A DNA stretch of 64,000 nt, taken from Eledone cirrhosa. Its lineage: Eukaryota. The notes under the pieces were generated by a model, which saw nothing but the letters and a program-made list of their open reading frames with translations, had not been told where the DNA came from and made no database searches. Positions 1-12,349 of the stretch are shown piece by piece. A program made the position numbers and the translations under genes. Positions within the stretch are counted from its first letter, which is position 1, and every line of letters starts with the position of its first letter. The stretch lies in the NCBI GenBank assembly GCA_964016885.1, contig OZ024746.1:90892001-90956000 (forward strand). Direction: 5' to 3'.

Positions 1-814
1 TACGTTCAGCAAGAGAGATATTTATAGCTGAGTTAATTTCTCTCTGGAAGGTTTCGTTGAGCAGCTTTGCCAGTTCGGGATAAACTCTACAGGCATGGAA
101 GTGCCGTCAGCCGGGCCTGTCCGAGATGCGCGCAGGGCGACGAAACCGTCCTATACGCACTCGTCCAGTGTCCGAGCATTGCTGACTTGTGGGTTTATAT
201 CGAACACCTGCTGTCGCGTGTAGGACGGATCCAGCTATCAGCTGAGTCCGTCGTGAGGATTGCCCCGCCCTCTTCCTTTAGCCGGGAAGGGCAGGCAGTT
301 TTTATCTGTCTGGTGGCCATGGCGAAAGAGATAGTATGGTGGACACGTTTGAAAGGGCTGAAGACGAACACTTACCTCTTCGGTGATGCCCTGATTAACG
401 TTTTCAAATTTCATTTGAAAAGGAAAATCAGGGTAGAGAGGGAAGTGCTCTCTTCCCAGCATTTTGTTGAAAGATGGGTGAGAGAGGCAAGAATGGCCCG
501 AGTGAATGGGCCTACTCTGAGTATGTGTCTGTAAATTAAAGGTGGAAAACTGGGAGAGGGCACTTGCCCTGGTGGTCAGGGTCACTGTGGCCTTTTAATG
601 GGCTTTCTCCACAAATGTCCCTCGGAAGTCTCCCCCCCCCCTATTGGTGAATTTTTCATTGTTATTTTTGTGTTACATCCTCTGTTTTTGTTTTTTTATA
701 CGCAGAAATGCCCATTTGTACCGTCCTGTATTGTCCTGTACTGTCCTTAATGTCTACTTTATGTAAACCCTTGTGGGTAATAAAGAAAGCATTATTATTA
801 TTATTATTATTATT
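1..814 (+). mobile_element. 3' fragment of L1/Tx1-like non-LTR retrotransposon (zf-RVT C-terminus)
   Basis: ORF 67-534 LPVRDKLYRHG...CPRC..GDETVLYALVQCP..W resembles the zf-RVT motif; AATAAA at 779-784 followed by an (ATT)n tail; sister copy at 24450-25490. Confidence 0.8.
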
Positions 815-1103
815 GACTTTGCCTTTCATCCTTACGGGGTTGATAAAATAAAGTACCAGTAATGCACTGGGTAATTGCTGGCCTTGTGCCTAAAGTAGAA
901 ACAATTATTATTTGCAGCACAGTTACGTCCCTTTACGAACTGAGTTCAAGATAAAATAAAGTACCAGTAATGTACTGGATAATTGCTGGCCTTGTGCCAA
1001 AAGTAGAAACAATTATTATTAATACGGGGTCGATAAAATAAAGTACCAGTAATGTACTGAATAATTGCTGGCCTTGTGCCAAAAGTAGAAACAATTATTA
1101 TTA
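815..1103 (+). mobile_element. Three tandem partial copies of tRNA-derived SINE family A (3' halves)
   Basis: First copy has GCCTTTCATCCTTACGGGGTTGATAAAATAAAGTACCAG; all three share GATAAAATAAAGTACCAG...GCTGGCCTTGTGCC(T/A)AAAGTAGAAACAATTATT. Confidence 0.8.
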
Positions 1104-1634
1104 TTATTATTATTATTGTTGTTATTCCTTGAATCTCAGTCATTGATGTTAGTGAACTGGAAAGTTTGTTGAAATGAATATCAAGCCACTACCTGCAGCC
1201 TCAGATATTCAGGACGTATCGGAGGGTTCTTGCTGTTCCCAGCAAGCATGCCTTTTGAAGTGTTCCAAAAAGCGGGGCGGGGCCAATTTTCTTTAACCAA
1301 CCCTGGAAACTCCTTGAAATAGTACCTAGTGCGCCTATGACAATCGGGACCACTTTGACTTCATGGCAGTTCCAAATCCTTTTTACCTCCCACTTTAAGT
1401 CCTGGTATCGGTTAATTTTCTCCCTCTCCTTCTCTTGCACTCTCGTGTCGAATGGGCAGGCCACATCCACAATCAGGCACGATCTTTTTTCCTTGTCCAA
1501 AACCACCAGGTCAGGCCTATTGTGTTCCAGTTTCTTGTCCGTCTGTATCCTAAAATCCCACAGCACCTTCACCTGATCGTTTTCTATCACCGACTCTGGC
1601 TTATGCTCATACAACTTCTCAGAATGTGGTAAAT
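1104..1634 (-). mobile_element. 5'-truncated R4/Dong-like non-LTR retrotransposon (restriction-like endonuclease C-terminus)
   Basis: ORF 1201-1641: LWDFRIQTD..LEHNRPDLVV.DK....IVDVACPFD...EKINRYQDL..VPIVIGALG is a PD-(D/E)xK RLE; (AAT)n tail; 16-bp TSD GAAACAATTATTATTA at 1088-1103 and 1635-1650. Confidence 0.85.
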
Positions 1635-1679
1635 GAAACAATTATTATTAATATTATTATTATTATTATTATTATTGTG

Positions 1680-1897
1680 GTGGTGGATTTGCAGAATCCG
1701 TAGAGCGTCGGACAATATGCTTAGCGACATAGAGTTATGGCCCTTTACGTTCCGAGTGCAAATCCCGCCGAGGTTAGCTTTGCTTTTCATCTTTACGGGC
1801 TCGATAATATAAAGTACCAGTAATACATTGCGGTCGGTGTAATCGACTTCCCGTCCCCTTCAAATTGCTGGCCTTGTGCCTAAAGTAGAAACCATTG
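1680..1897 (+). mobile_element. Full-length SINE family A (tRNA-like head, Meta-like central domain)
   Basis: GGTGGATTTGCAGAATC..AGAGCGTCGGAC head, B-box-like GAGTGCAAATCCC, central CTTTTCATCTTTACGGGCTCGATAATATAAAGTACCAG; many copies in window. Confidence 0.8.
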
Positions 1898-1979
<82 letters not shown>

Positions 1980-2350
1980 ATATATATGGGGGCGTGAGAA
2001 AGAGAGAGAGTATTTCATATTTACGTTGATCTTTGCTCGGCCGTGAATGATCTACCTCTCTCTCTCCCCTTCCCCCTCCCTCTCGCTTCCTTCACTTACT
2101 CTGTCCCTCCTACGCTCAGATGTATACATTAACAAAACACATTTCATTCATTTGAAAGTAGATGTAAAATCCTCGTAACTAGATAACTAGAAATGATAAA
2201 ATATACATTTTAGTTCTTTTGAGTTCTAGGAAATTTCTTATTTTGATTTGTTAATGACTTGCAAATGTCTCCATCGACCTTGCGAAATGGTTTGAAGCAT
2301 TGAAGTGTTTACCAACTAATTCCTCTTCGACAGGGTATGACTAGCAGCAG

Positions 2351-2400
<50 letters not shown>

Positions 2401-2407
<7 letters not shown>

Positions 2408-3232
2408 GACGTAAAATAAGAAAATTATAAAAATTAACTTACTTACTAAAATTTCACTCCAACTAATTAGTTTCTGAAAGGGAATAAACATGGTTTCCAA
2501 ATGGAAAGCATGGAGAAGCCATTTCGTCATCAGGAAGTCTGTTCTCAGCTAAGTTACCAGGCGATGCGTGGACACAGGGAACTTATACAAAAATAATTCA
2601 GTGGATGGAAAAAAGCAAGCGTGGACTAAATTCCAAGACATTGAAAATATCACTGCCTACTTGGTCGGTGGCAAATTCAAAAGAATCAATCACGTGACAT
2701 CGAGGTTAATCAGTGAGGAGTGGGGTGTTAAAAAGACAGTAGCCGAGCCATTACTATGAACTATAGTAGCAGTTTTGGCAAATTTTTGCTCAACAAAATA
2801 ATTTGGAGATAATTATAAAGAATTAGTATATCTACCAACATATATATACAGATGCATACCTATGCTAGCAAATATATAGGTTCTGTCTTAGTAACTTTGT
2901 GGTTCAATGCAAGGGGATGCAGAACAATTATATGAAAGACGTAAAATAAGAAAATTATAAAAATTAACTTACTTACTAAAATTTCTGCATCCCCTTGCAT
3001 TGAACCACAAAGTTACTAAGACAAAACCTATATATTTGCTAGCATAGGTATGCATCTGTATCATTAAAGACCAGATACCTCAGGCTAGCGAGAACAATAA
3101 CTAAAATAAGTTCTTATTTTAGTTATTGTTCGCGCTAGCCTGAGGTATCTGGTCTTTAATGCTAAGAAATACCTATGATGGCTAGTAGATCACTGATGAT
3201 GGATAGTCCTATTTCTAATTCTTCATTTTAAT
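2401..3232. mobile_element. Composite (TA)n-embedded element, probably Penelope pLTR-derived, with direct and inverted repeats
   Basis: 55-bp exact direct repeat 2401-2455/2931-2985; inverted repeat 2846-2924/2983-3061; palindrome 3062-3161; degenerate HHR core on minus ~2490-2535; flanked by (TA)n. Confidence 0.6.
3134..3200 (+). ncRNA. Kink-turn (box C/D-like) hairpin plus half-hammerhead, K-family copy 1
   Basis: GCTAGCC-TGA-GGTAT...ATACC-TAT-GA-T-GGCTAGT followed by ATCACTGATGA. Confidence 0.6.
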
Positions 3233-3254
3233 TTATATATATATATAATATATA

Positions 3255-4192
3255 TATAATAAAAAATTGAACAGGGACAGAACAGAGAGGCAGTACGACA
3301 AATGTTTATTAGATTCACGCTCAGGAGAGTGGGGGGTAGGTGGAGGACGACGTTTCGGGCATAAGCCCTTCTTCAGGTAAGAGTTCAAAAGGTGTGTAGG
3401 GGAGTGGTGGAGAGACATATAGCGAAAGGAAACGGTGCGAATGAAAAATTAACAAATAAAGACAAAAATATAATAAATAATAAATAAAAATAAAGCATGA
3501 TCAAAATACAAGGAATGAGAACATTTAAAAATAAAGGCATGATCAAAATAAACTGAAATTAAAAGGGGGGTAAACAGGTGGTGGAAGGGTGTGGGGTGAG
3601 TAGAGGTGGAGGCGGGTGGAGTGGGGAGAGGGAGACGGGGTGTCCGAGCGGGGAGGACTGAAGGTGGTGTGTGTGGTTAGGTGTGCGTGTGTGTGTGTAT
3701 GTGAAAGTGAGGGTTGGGGGAAGAACGGGGTTGCATGTTCAGGAAGGTGTGTGTGGGGGGTGTTTTTGTGTGTCGGAGGGTCTGTACGTGTGTGGATAGG
3801 GGGTGGGGGGAGAGGAATCAGGGGGCTGAGGGTGTAAATATGTGGTGGGAAGCACGTGTGTGTGGTTTAAGCGTGTTGTGGGTGTGGATAAAAAAAATTT
3901 GTTTTGGGATGTGTGTGTGGGTGAGTTATATAGGTGATGGTGTTAGAGGATGGTTGAAAGTAGTAAGTTACACGGATGTATGGAGATTTTGGTTGGAAGT
4001 CAAAACGCGTGTGGGTAATCCAAGAAGCGGTGGTCGGAAGAGGAGAGATGTGGGGTGCGCGCGCAACAGGAAGTGGTCAGCAGTGGAAGTGCTGTGGTCA
4101 GTTGGTGCTGAGACAGTGGTCGGAAGGGCATAGCAGCAGTCAGCGGAATGGTAGGGAGGCGAGGATGGGTAGGTGTGAGAGTTGGAGTGAGG

Positions 4193-4277
<85 letters not shown>

Positions 4278-4790
4278 TAGTAGGGGTGTTAGTGGGATGA
4301 GTGAGTGTGGAGTGGGGAGAGAAGGGTGTGTGTGGTTCTATGGAGGGAGTGTGGTGTACTGGTGTGTGTAGTTTGGTGAGGAGGTGTTAGTGGGTGTTAG
4401 TAGACGGGAGATGGGGAGGGGTGGAATGCAGGTGTGAGTGGGGGTTAGTGGGGGTAGGGTGTGTAGAGTTGGTGGTGTACGAGGGTGTGTGGGTACATGT
4501 GCGTGGGGTTGGAGGGTGTTAGTGATGTTAGTTACGTGTGGGGTGGGTGGTGTAAGTGTGTGCGTGTGATAAGGAGGGGGGAGGAGGAGAAGAGGGGAGG
4601 GAAGGGATGTTAGTATGTTAGTTGGGGAAGGGTGGTTAGATGAGGGGTGGAGTGGAGGTGTTAGTATTGTTAGTGTGGGGTGGGCGGTGAAAAGGAGGGG
4701 TGTGTTAGTGGTGTTAGTGGGGGAGGGGGGCGGTCGAACGCTAAAGGAATAAGGGTGGGGAGTTCAGGCCGGGGGGAGTGTGGGTCTGTA
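3255..4790 (-). mobile_element. 5'-truncated Penelope-like element (GIY-YIG tail, 3' UTR/pLTR with HHR)
   Basis: Minus strand 4745-4790 encodes LQTHTPPGLNSPPLFL*, like PLE endonuclease C-termini (L.T..P.GLN); CA-rich 3' UTR; HHR near the 3' end; abuts (TA)n. Confidence 0.7.
3346..3378 (-). ncRNA. Minimal type I hammerhead ribozyme (PLE-type)
   Basis: Minus: ac CTGAAGA A GGGC ttat GCCC GAAA CGTC gt; intact core, 4-bp stem II, palindromic ACGT stem III, weak stem I. Confidence 0.8.
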
Positions 4791-4919
4791 ATACACATAT
4801 ATACCTAATACCTAATTTTTGCTGTACCGGCAATTGCTCTGTATAATCAGCTCCAGATTATTACTGGAATTCTATAAGAATCCAGCTTCTAGAATTTTCG
4901 GCGGAAGCAGGGTGTGCGT

Positions 4920-4961
4920 GGCTCTGATGATCGCCAACCAGTGTGAAACAAACTGTTAGCT
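4920..4961 (+). ncRNA. Type I hammerhead ribozyme, slightly degenerate
   Basis: GGCT CTGATGA T CGC caacca GTG T GAAA CA aac TG TT AGCT; stems I, II and III can all be drawn. Confidence 0.7.
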
Positions 4962-5648
4962 TCTCTCCCTTCTTTTGCCGAAAAGAAGTAAGTGACATAG
5001 TCACTACTTTAAAACTGATAGCGTATGGTCTTCTAAATGTTTTTAATTAAACATACGTTATATTGCCAAATATACTATACATTCATATATAAATAAATAC
5101 ATTATCGGAGAAAGCTTTTAGCGATACTCCGGCCAAATTCCAGCTCACTCAACAAACATTAGGAAATAAGTGAGTATATTCCTAACTAAGCGTTCGGGGT
5201 GCTAACTAAATGTATTATGTGGAGAATTGGCTGTATTATTTCATATGAGACATATCGAATATATCTCTTCCTCGACGGACGTCTCGTTTCATTATAAGAT
5301 TCCTACAATTCGGGTGAAATTATACCAATTTATGTAGGAGCTTGTATACGATCAACAGATATATATTCAAGTGGGCTCATATATTTCATCAGTGGGTGCC
5401 CAATAATACTAATATTGATAATCTAACCAATATCAGTATTTAGTGATAATCATCATCAGTGCCTGAGGCATCTGTTAGGTTGCTACTCTAGCAGTTCTAA
5501 AGAAATACTCAAACTGATTCAAAAATGAGGAAGTATATTACCGCCAAAAAAACAATACATGCGCAAGGCGATGAATTCTAAAAGGAATATATAAATAGGA
5601 AAGGGTTGTATTAAACACTACCCAATTACCAGGGGTCATACTTTTTCC

Positions 5649-5681
<33 letters not shown>

Positions 5682-5939
5682 TATTATATATATATATATA
5701 TTATATATATATTTTATATATATTATATATATATTATATATATATATGTGGGGGGGGGGGGTCTGTGATCTACATACGCTGGTCATAGACACACACATAC
5801 ACATATATTATATATACACAACAACACCATCAGCTCTCTCTCTTCCATTCTCCTTCTCTGTCTCCTCTTCCCCTCTCTCTATACATCTCTTTCAATCTAC
5901 TCTTTTACAAACACTATCTCTTTCTCTCTATCCTTCACG

Positions 5940-6133
5940 CTCTCTGTTTATGAAGTTACCCAGAAAACCTCATATCTCGGGAACCCGTGCTTCGATTTAC
6001 GCGAAACTTTTCTTCCATTTATATTCCCATTTCAGGGGCAACTTCCTTTCAAAGTCTTTACCGATTATCCGCCCTTTTGGCTGTATTACATTACAGACAA
6101 GCAGGCAAGTAATCACAAATCTTTAATAATAGA
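5940..6133 (-). mobile_element. Possible non-autonomous Helitron 5' end fragment
   Basis: Minus strand begins TCTATTATTAAAG... resembling the 5' ends of the other Helitrons here; no 3' CTAG end found. Confidence 0.35.
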
Positions 6134-6233
6134 TAGATAGATAGATTATTTACAAATTGCATCTTAGCAGGTCTCTCTGGAAATAGGGTAGGGGATGTTG
6201 AGGGTATTACGTGGTCATGAGGGGGCTGAGGCT

Positions 6234-6345
6234 CTAAAAGATTGAGAATCTTTGGTTTAGAAAAAGTAGATCCATCTTCAATACGTAATAGGTCCCAGAC
6301 ACACCCAGCTTCAAGTATGACAGCAAATAGCTTTTGTAGAGAGGA
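6234..6345 (-). pseudogene. Tiny degenerate LINE reverse-transcriptase fragment
   Basis: LLSYLKLGVSG...KWI / FLNQRF across frameshifts resembles the KL...GI.G..L.W...FL..R.Q RT segment. Confidence 0.35.
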
Positions 6346-6567
6346 GGTGTAAATAAACTAAAATATTCCAGCAAAATCACAGCTGGCATCATCAGCAGTA
6401 CAGCAGTAGTAACAGTACGGAACATTGCAGTAGTAGCAGCAGCAGCTGTAACAACAACAACAACATTGCAGCAGCAGCTGTAACAACAACATGATTGGTG
6501 TTGCTGCCATTAAGCACGTGTGTGAGTGCTGCTTATAGTCATATATAATTTAATGGGAAGTAATATA

Positions 6568-6659
<92 letters not shown>

Positions 6660-6733
6660 ACATGAAATAAAGACTGAATTTATATATATACACACACACA
6701 CGCATCCACACACACACACACACACACACATGT

Positions 6734-6766
<33 letters not shown>

Positions 6767-6840
6767 GCCCCAGTTTGTGAAACAATTGTAACCATGACTG
6801 ATCAATAAGTTCTTGATGTAACACCTCCCCTTTGTTCCTA

Positions 6841-6879
<39 letters not shown>

Positions 6880-7039
6880 CTTACACACGTGCACAAGTAT
6901 AGCTCTTTTTACAAAACGTTTTTATCCCATTTCAGGTAGACGCACTCCATCATTCACTTTTTAAAAAAATAAATCATACACAAAACACCAGCATCAACAG
7001 TTTTCCAAGAGCTGTCAACATGAATCGACCTGTTATTTT

Positions 7040-7600
<561 letters not shown>

Positions 7601-7884
7601 AACCAATCTTTATTTTATGACACAGTCTAGCACAGAATGAGGTACACTATTTACAGCAAAAGAGAGAAGAAAACTACTGAAATAATTGTACCAACAGTCG
7701 GCCATTAACAAACACACTGCACAGATGAAAAGGTTCTAATTAATAGACATTGAATGTGATGTTGGATTGTGTTACATTCCTCATTCAGCAACAATGATCG
7801 AATTTAATTGAAATAAACCGAATATATCACTAGAATAGATTATAAAAAGATCGAACAGAGAGAAATATCAGACACTTGTATAAT

Positions 7885-8234
7885 GATTTCTGGCTTAGGT
7901 ACAAGGTCAACAATTTGGGGGAAGGGGAATTTGATTAGCCCCATTGCGTTACCGGTACTTTATTTTATCAATCCTGCAAAGATCAAAGATAAAGCTAACC
8001 TCGGCAGGATTTGAACTGAGAACATAAAGGGACGTAACTCTATGCCGTAAAGCATGTCGTCTGAGGCTCTACCGACTCTGCCAATCCACTGCCCTAAACC
8101 TATAAATAATTGTTTCTACTTTTGGCACAAGGCCAGCAATTATCCCAGTGTATTATTGGTACTTTATTTTATCGACCCCGTAAGGATGAAAAGCAAAGTT
8201 AACCTCGGCGAGATTTGAACTCAGAATGGCAAGG
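7885..8234 (-). mobile_element. Two SINE family A copies, the second cut by the gap
   Basis: Reverse complement of the family A sequence (GTACTTTATTTTATCGACCCCGTAAGGATGAAA). Confidence 0.8.
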
Positions 8235-8434
8235 NNNNNNNNNNNNNNNNNNNNNNNNNNNNNNNNNNNNNNNNNNNNNNNNNNNNNNNNNNNNNNNNNN
8301 NNNNNNNNNNNNNNNNNNNNNNNNNNNNNNNNNNNNNNNNNNNNNNNNNNNNNNNNNNNNNNNNNNNNNNNNNNNNNNNNNNNNNNNNNNNNNNNNNNNN
8401 NNNNNNNNNNNNNNNNNNNNNNNNNNNNNNNNNN
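8235..8434. other. Assembly gap (200 N)
   Basis: Run of n. Confidence 1.
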
Positions 8435-8940
8435 GCATGAAGCGACTGGAAGTACAAGATTTACTCCCTGGACAAGGTGCCAGCCTCTTGGTCCCCGTGG
8501 CATGAAGCGACTGGAAGTACAAGATTTGCTCCCTGGACAAGGTGCCAGCCTCTTGGTCCCCGTGGCATGAAGCGACTGGAAGTACAAGATTTACTCCCTG
8601 GACAAGGTGCCAGCCTCTTGCTCCCCGTGGCATGAAGCGACTGGAAGTACAACATTTACCCCCTGGACAAAGTGCCAGCCTCTTGGTCCCCGTGGCATGA
8701 AGCGACTGGAAGTACAAGATTTACTCCCTGGACAAGGTGCCAGCCTCTTGGTCCCCGTGGCATGAAGCGACTGGAAGTACAAGATTTACTCCCTGGACAA
8801 GGTGCCAGCCTCTTGGTCCCCGTGGCATGAAGCGACTGGAAGTACAAGATTTACTCCCTGGACAAGGTGCCAGCCTCTTGGTCCCCGTGGCATGAAGCGA
8901 CTGAAAGTACAACATTTACCCCCTGGACAAAGTGCCAGCC
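8435..8940. repeat. 65-bp tandem repeat (at least 7.8 copies) derived from the 3' part of SINE family B
   Basis: Unit GCATGAAGCGACTGGAAGTACAAGATTTACTCCCTGGACAAGGTGCCAGCCTCTTGGTCCCCGTG at 8435, 8500, 8565...8890; runs directly into the SINE body. Confidence 0.95.
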
Positions 8941-9117
8941 CATCGTCGTGTCGAGCTCTCACCTATTGCTGGTACTTATTTTCAGTTGAGTAAACTGGAG
9001 CCACGTGAAATGTAGTGTTTTGCTAAAGATCACAACACACAACCCAGTCCAGGAATTGAATCCTCGACATTATGATCGTATGTCCAACACACTTACCACT
9101 AGGCCACACACCTCCAC
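8890..9117 (-). mobile_element. tRNA-derived SINE family B (CORE-like plus V-domain-like)
   Basis: Minus: GTGGAGGTGTGTGGCCTAGTGGTAAG (A box)...GGATTCAATTCC (B box); homologous to 57402-57683. Confidence 0.8.
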
Positions 9118-9179
9118 TTTATGCTTAATTTCTTAATGGTTAATCCAGCCGTGAATATATTATATCACATTTTTCCTCG

Positions 9180-9376
9180 TATACCATACCATATACCATA
9201 CCATATCATATCACTCTTTTCTTCCTATACCATACCATACCATATCATATCACACTTTTACTCCTATACCATACCATACCATATTACACTTTTCCTCCTA
9301 TACCATACCATACCATACCATATTACACTTTTCCTCCTATACCATACCATACCATACCATATCATATCACACTCCT
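9180..9376. repeat. (ATACC)n-based repeat with ~37-bp higher-order unit
   Basis: ATACC runs interleaved with ATATCATATCACACTTTT / ATATTACACTTTTCCTCC. Confidence 0.85.
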
Positions 9377-9505
9377 AAACAGTAAAGCCATGTCCACTGC
9401 ACACAACACAAATAAATTAGTATAAAATACCTTTTTATTTACTGACGTTTAAATATTTTTGTGAGTGTGGAACCCATTCCTCTCTAATTAACGCATCCTT
9501 GCTCT

Positions 9506-9960
9506 ATTCTTCTTCTTCTTCTTCTTCTTCTTCTTCTTGCTGAGAGGGTCGTGGAGGGGGAATCCTCACACACTCCTTCCAGCAGGTCCTGTTAGAAGCA
9601 ACCGTCTCCAAGAGATCCAGCTGGATCCCCAAGCAAGACCAGCCAAACTCATGGATGTTATCCAACCATCTTACTTACGGTATACCCCTGGGACTCCTAG
9701 CGGTTGATTTTACCCGTAAAATCTGTCCACTGATTCTTTCCTGGGACATTCTAACCACATGTCCTTCATATGAGAGCTGTGATCTCTCAATTTGAATAAG
9801 TAGTGGTTCTACCTGGAGTGACTCTCATCTCCGAGCTACCCATTTTATCGAGTAATGTTACGCCAAAGAACCTTCGAAGGAACCCCATTTGGGCCGCTGG
9901 TATTCGCGATCGTATTCTTTCGGTCATTACACAAGATTCATGACCATAAGTAAGGGTTGG
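9506..9960 (-). mobile_element. 3' fragment of RTE-clade LINE (Rex3/Expander-like)
   Basis: Minus: PTLTYGHESCVMTERIRSRI.AAQMGFLRR..GVTLLD...VEPLLIQIERSQL...GHVVRM with stop/frameshift; (GAA)n tail at 9508-9538. Confidence 0.85.
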
Positions 9961-10699
9961 CATGAATTGTTCATAACTAACTTTGTTAATTGATATAATG
10001 AAATATTCTTTAAAAACTTACATAGTTGCTGAGCAAAACTTCTCCAGAATAAATTATGTAGCGAGTCTTCGCCGACGTTGAGGGTCTCCCCAACAAAGTG
10101 CTTTCTCATCATGACCACCATTGGAGAATGCTATAGTGGACTCTCCGCCAACCACTATACTACATTGGTAGATGATTATCATTTATTTATTTACTTATAT
10201 AGTTGTTTTGGTCGGATGTAAGCAGTGTTCATGATCTTTGCAGGTCCTTACAGGTGAAATCGATGGCTTCACATTCGACTTGACGAATGACATATAGATG
10301 GTTGAAGGGGGAGAAAATACTTGACCTACTAGTTAGAGAAAGGCATTGGAAAAAATATATGGGTGACGAGAAGGTGAAAGACGAATGAGTTGGGATAACT
10401 CAGTGGAGGTGGCAGTAGATCCAACGTAGTAGCGGTAGCAGAGAGAAGAAGGAAATTCTCGGCCAGCGAGGGTGTTCGTGTACGACTTCACGCCAATCAG
10501 TGGCCGTGTATGTGATCTAAAGTGTGGCTAGTAGCAACACTGTCCAAATGTACTTCTCCATTATGGGTCTCATATGACCATTGTAAAGGATCAGGTATTT
10601 TGCAGGAGTCTAAAGTATTTTCTGTCTCTGAAGGGGAACGCCAGTCTTGGGATGAAGTCCTTTGTGATATTTCTCTGACAATACACACACGTGGTTTTT

Positions 10700-10826
10700 A
10701 TTCTCGCAGTTTTTCTCCCGTTCATTCCTCTTCTCTCTCTATATTTCTGTTTAATCTTTTATTTCTCATTCTATCTTCCAATGAAGGAATAAAGTGTCGC
10801 TTGCTTTGTTATTTCTGTTTACGGTT

Positions 10827-10830
<4 letters not shown>
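10700..10830 (+). mobile_element. Degenerate pLTR 3' end of the (CA)n-targeting Penelope family
   Basis: Ends TGTTATTTCTGTTTACGGTTCT then (CA)n, like 7206-7229; HHR reduced to CCAATGAAGGA. Confidence 0.5.
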
Positions 10831-10916
<86 letters not shown>

Positions 10917-11389
10917 GGGAGAGGAGGAGGGGAGGAGGGGAGGGGGAGAATGGGGTGTGGGTATGAGGGGTGTGGGGAGAAGAAGAAGAAGATATGAATA
11001 CATTCTCATTCTTTCTTTACCGAAAATAATTCAACTCAACCCTTATCCTACGAAATATATTCTCCAGTAGTAGTCAACACTTATTCCCATTACACTGGTC
11101 AACAAAATAGACTTTATTGATCAGAAATGGAAATAAACTAAATACATGTACACTCAGTTTCCAAATCTGACTTTAGCTTTTCTCTTACACAGTTCATGTT
11201 TTCTCAATATCAAAGTATGTATATTGTTTGAACCGAAACATATCATGCACATTATTAATTCATACATAATTTATTTTATCTTCATTTTTATATCGCAGAT
11301 TCAATTATGTACATATGTAAATCAAAGAGGATACACAACACAATTTTTTTTTTTTAAATCGGTTGTAAATATAATTTTCTCACATAAAC

Positions 11390-11760
11390 TTGATCTGGGT
11401 TGTTCCTACATACCCGCCATTGATAGTCAGTCATCACAGTATCGTGTTTCTATTCCCTATCACGATAGAATCGTTTTTCGTGCTCAGCGTTTACGAGAAA
11501 GAAACCCACATGAGAGTTTAGAAAATGTATTTTTAACGACATTCGACAACCCTTTTCTTTATTGGCATCAAAGAGGTTCTCAATTCCCTCTCTACATGCA
11601 CAGGGCTTATTGTTCTGCAAAAAGTTTTCACATAACCATTTGAAAGCCTGCCAAGCGTTTAATTCTAATGTATTGGGAGTTTGTTCAAATATACAACTTC
11701 TCTGACTCACAGCTTTACCAATTTCACTCGCTTATTTTTGCTGCAGGCACACTAAAGTTA
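11390..11760 (-). pseudogene. Degraded DNA-transposase fragment, Chapaev3 (CMC)-like
   Basis: ORF 11450-11710 E.NAWQAFK..CENFL.N.K...GCRMSLKIHFLNSH..FF...EH..RFY.D matches the GC.MSLK.HFL.SHLDFFP..SDE.GERFHQD motif recalled for this group. Confidence 0.6.
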
Positions 11761-11869
11761 TCTTATTCCCTTTGAACGCAGAACTACATAACAGATTGTT
11801 TGTACATGTCTAGCGGCTAAGTGACCGTTCAACACCGACAGGAAACCCGATATTTCTGTCCATAAAGTA

Positions 11870-12176
11870 TGGAGGCACTCCGTCGGTTACGACGATGTGT
11901 GTTCCAGTTGATCCAATCAATAGAACAGCCTGCTCGTGAAATTAACGTTCAAGTGGCTGAGCATTCAACAGAAACGCGCACTCTTAACGAAGTCCTCGGG
12001 GAGATTCAGCGTGACACAGAACGTGACAAGGCCGGCCCTTCCAATTACACGTACAAATCCTTTTTGCCAACTGAGTAGACTGGAGCAACGTGAAATAAAG
12101 TGTCTTGCTGGGAATCGAACTCACGATCTTACGATTGTTAGCCGATTACCCTAACCACAAAGCCACGTGCCTTCAC
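11870..12176 (-). mobile_element. Full-length SINE family C with 13-bp TSD
   Basis: tRNA-like head GTGAAGGCACGTGGCTTTGTGGTTAGG...GAGTTCGATTCCC; TSD TGTCCATAAAGTA at 11857-11869 and 12177-12189; degenerate copy at 46443-46612. Confidence 0.85.
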
Positions 12177-12207
12177 TGTCCATAAAGTAGGATAGAGTCA
12201 AATATCG

Positions 12208-12280
<73 letters not shown>

Positions 12281-12290
12281 AGACACACAC

Positions 12291-12349
<59 letters not shown>

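Noticed and set aside
8435-8940. CRISPR array or repeat protein ORFs
   Set aside because: Contiguous near-identical units without spacers; 65 is not a multiple of 3; SINE-derived
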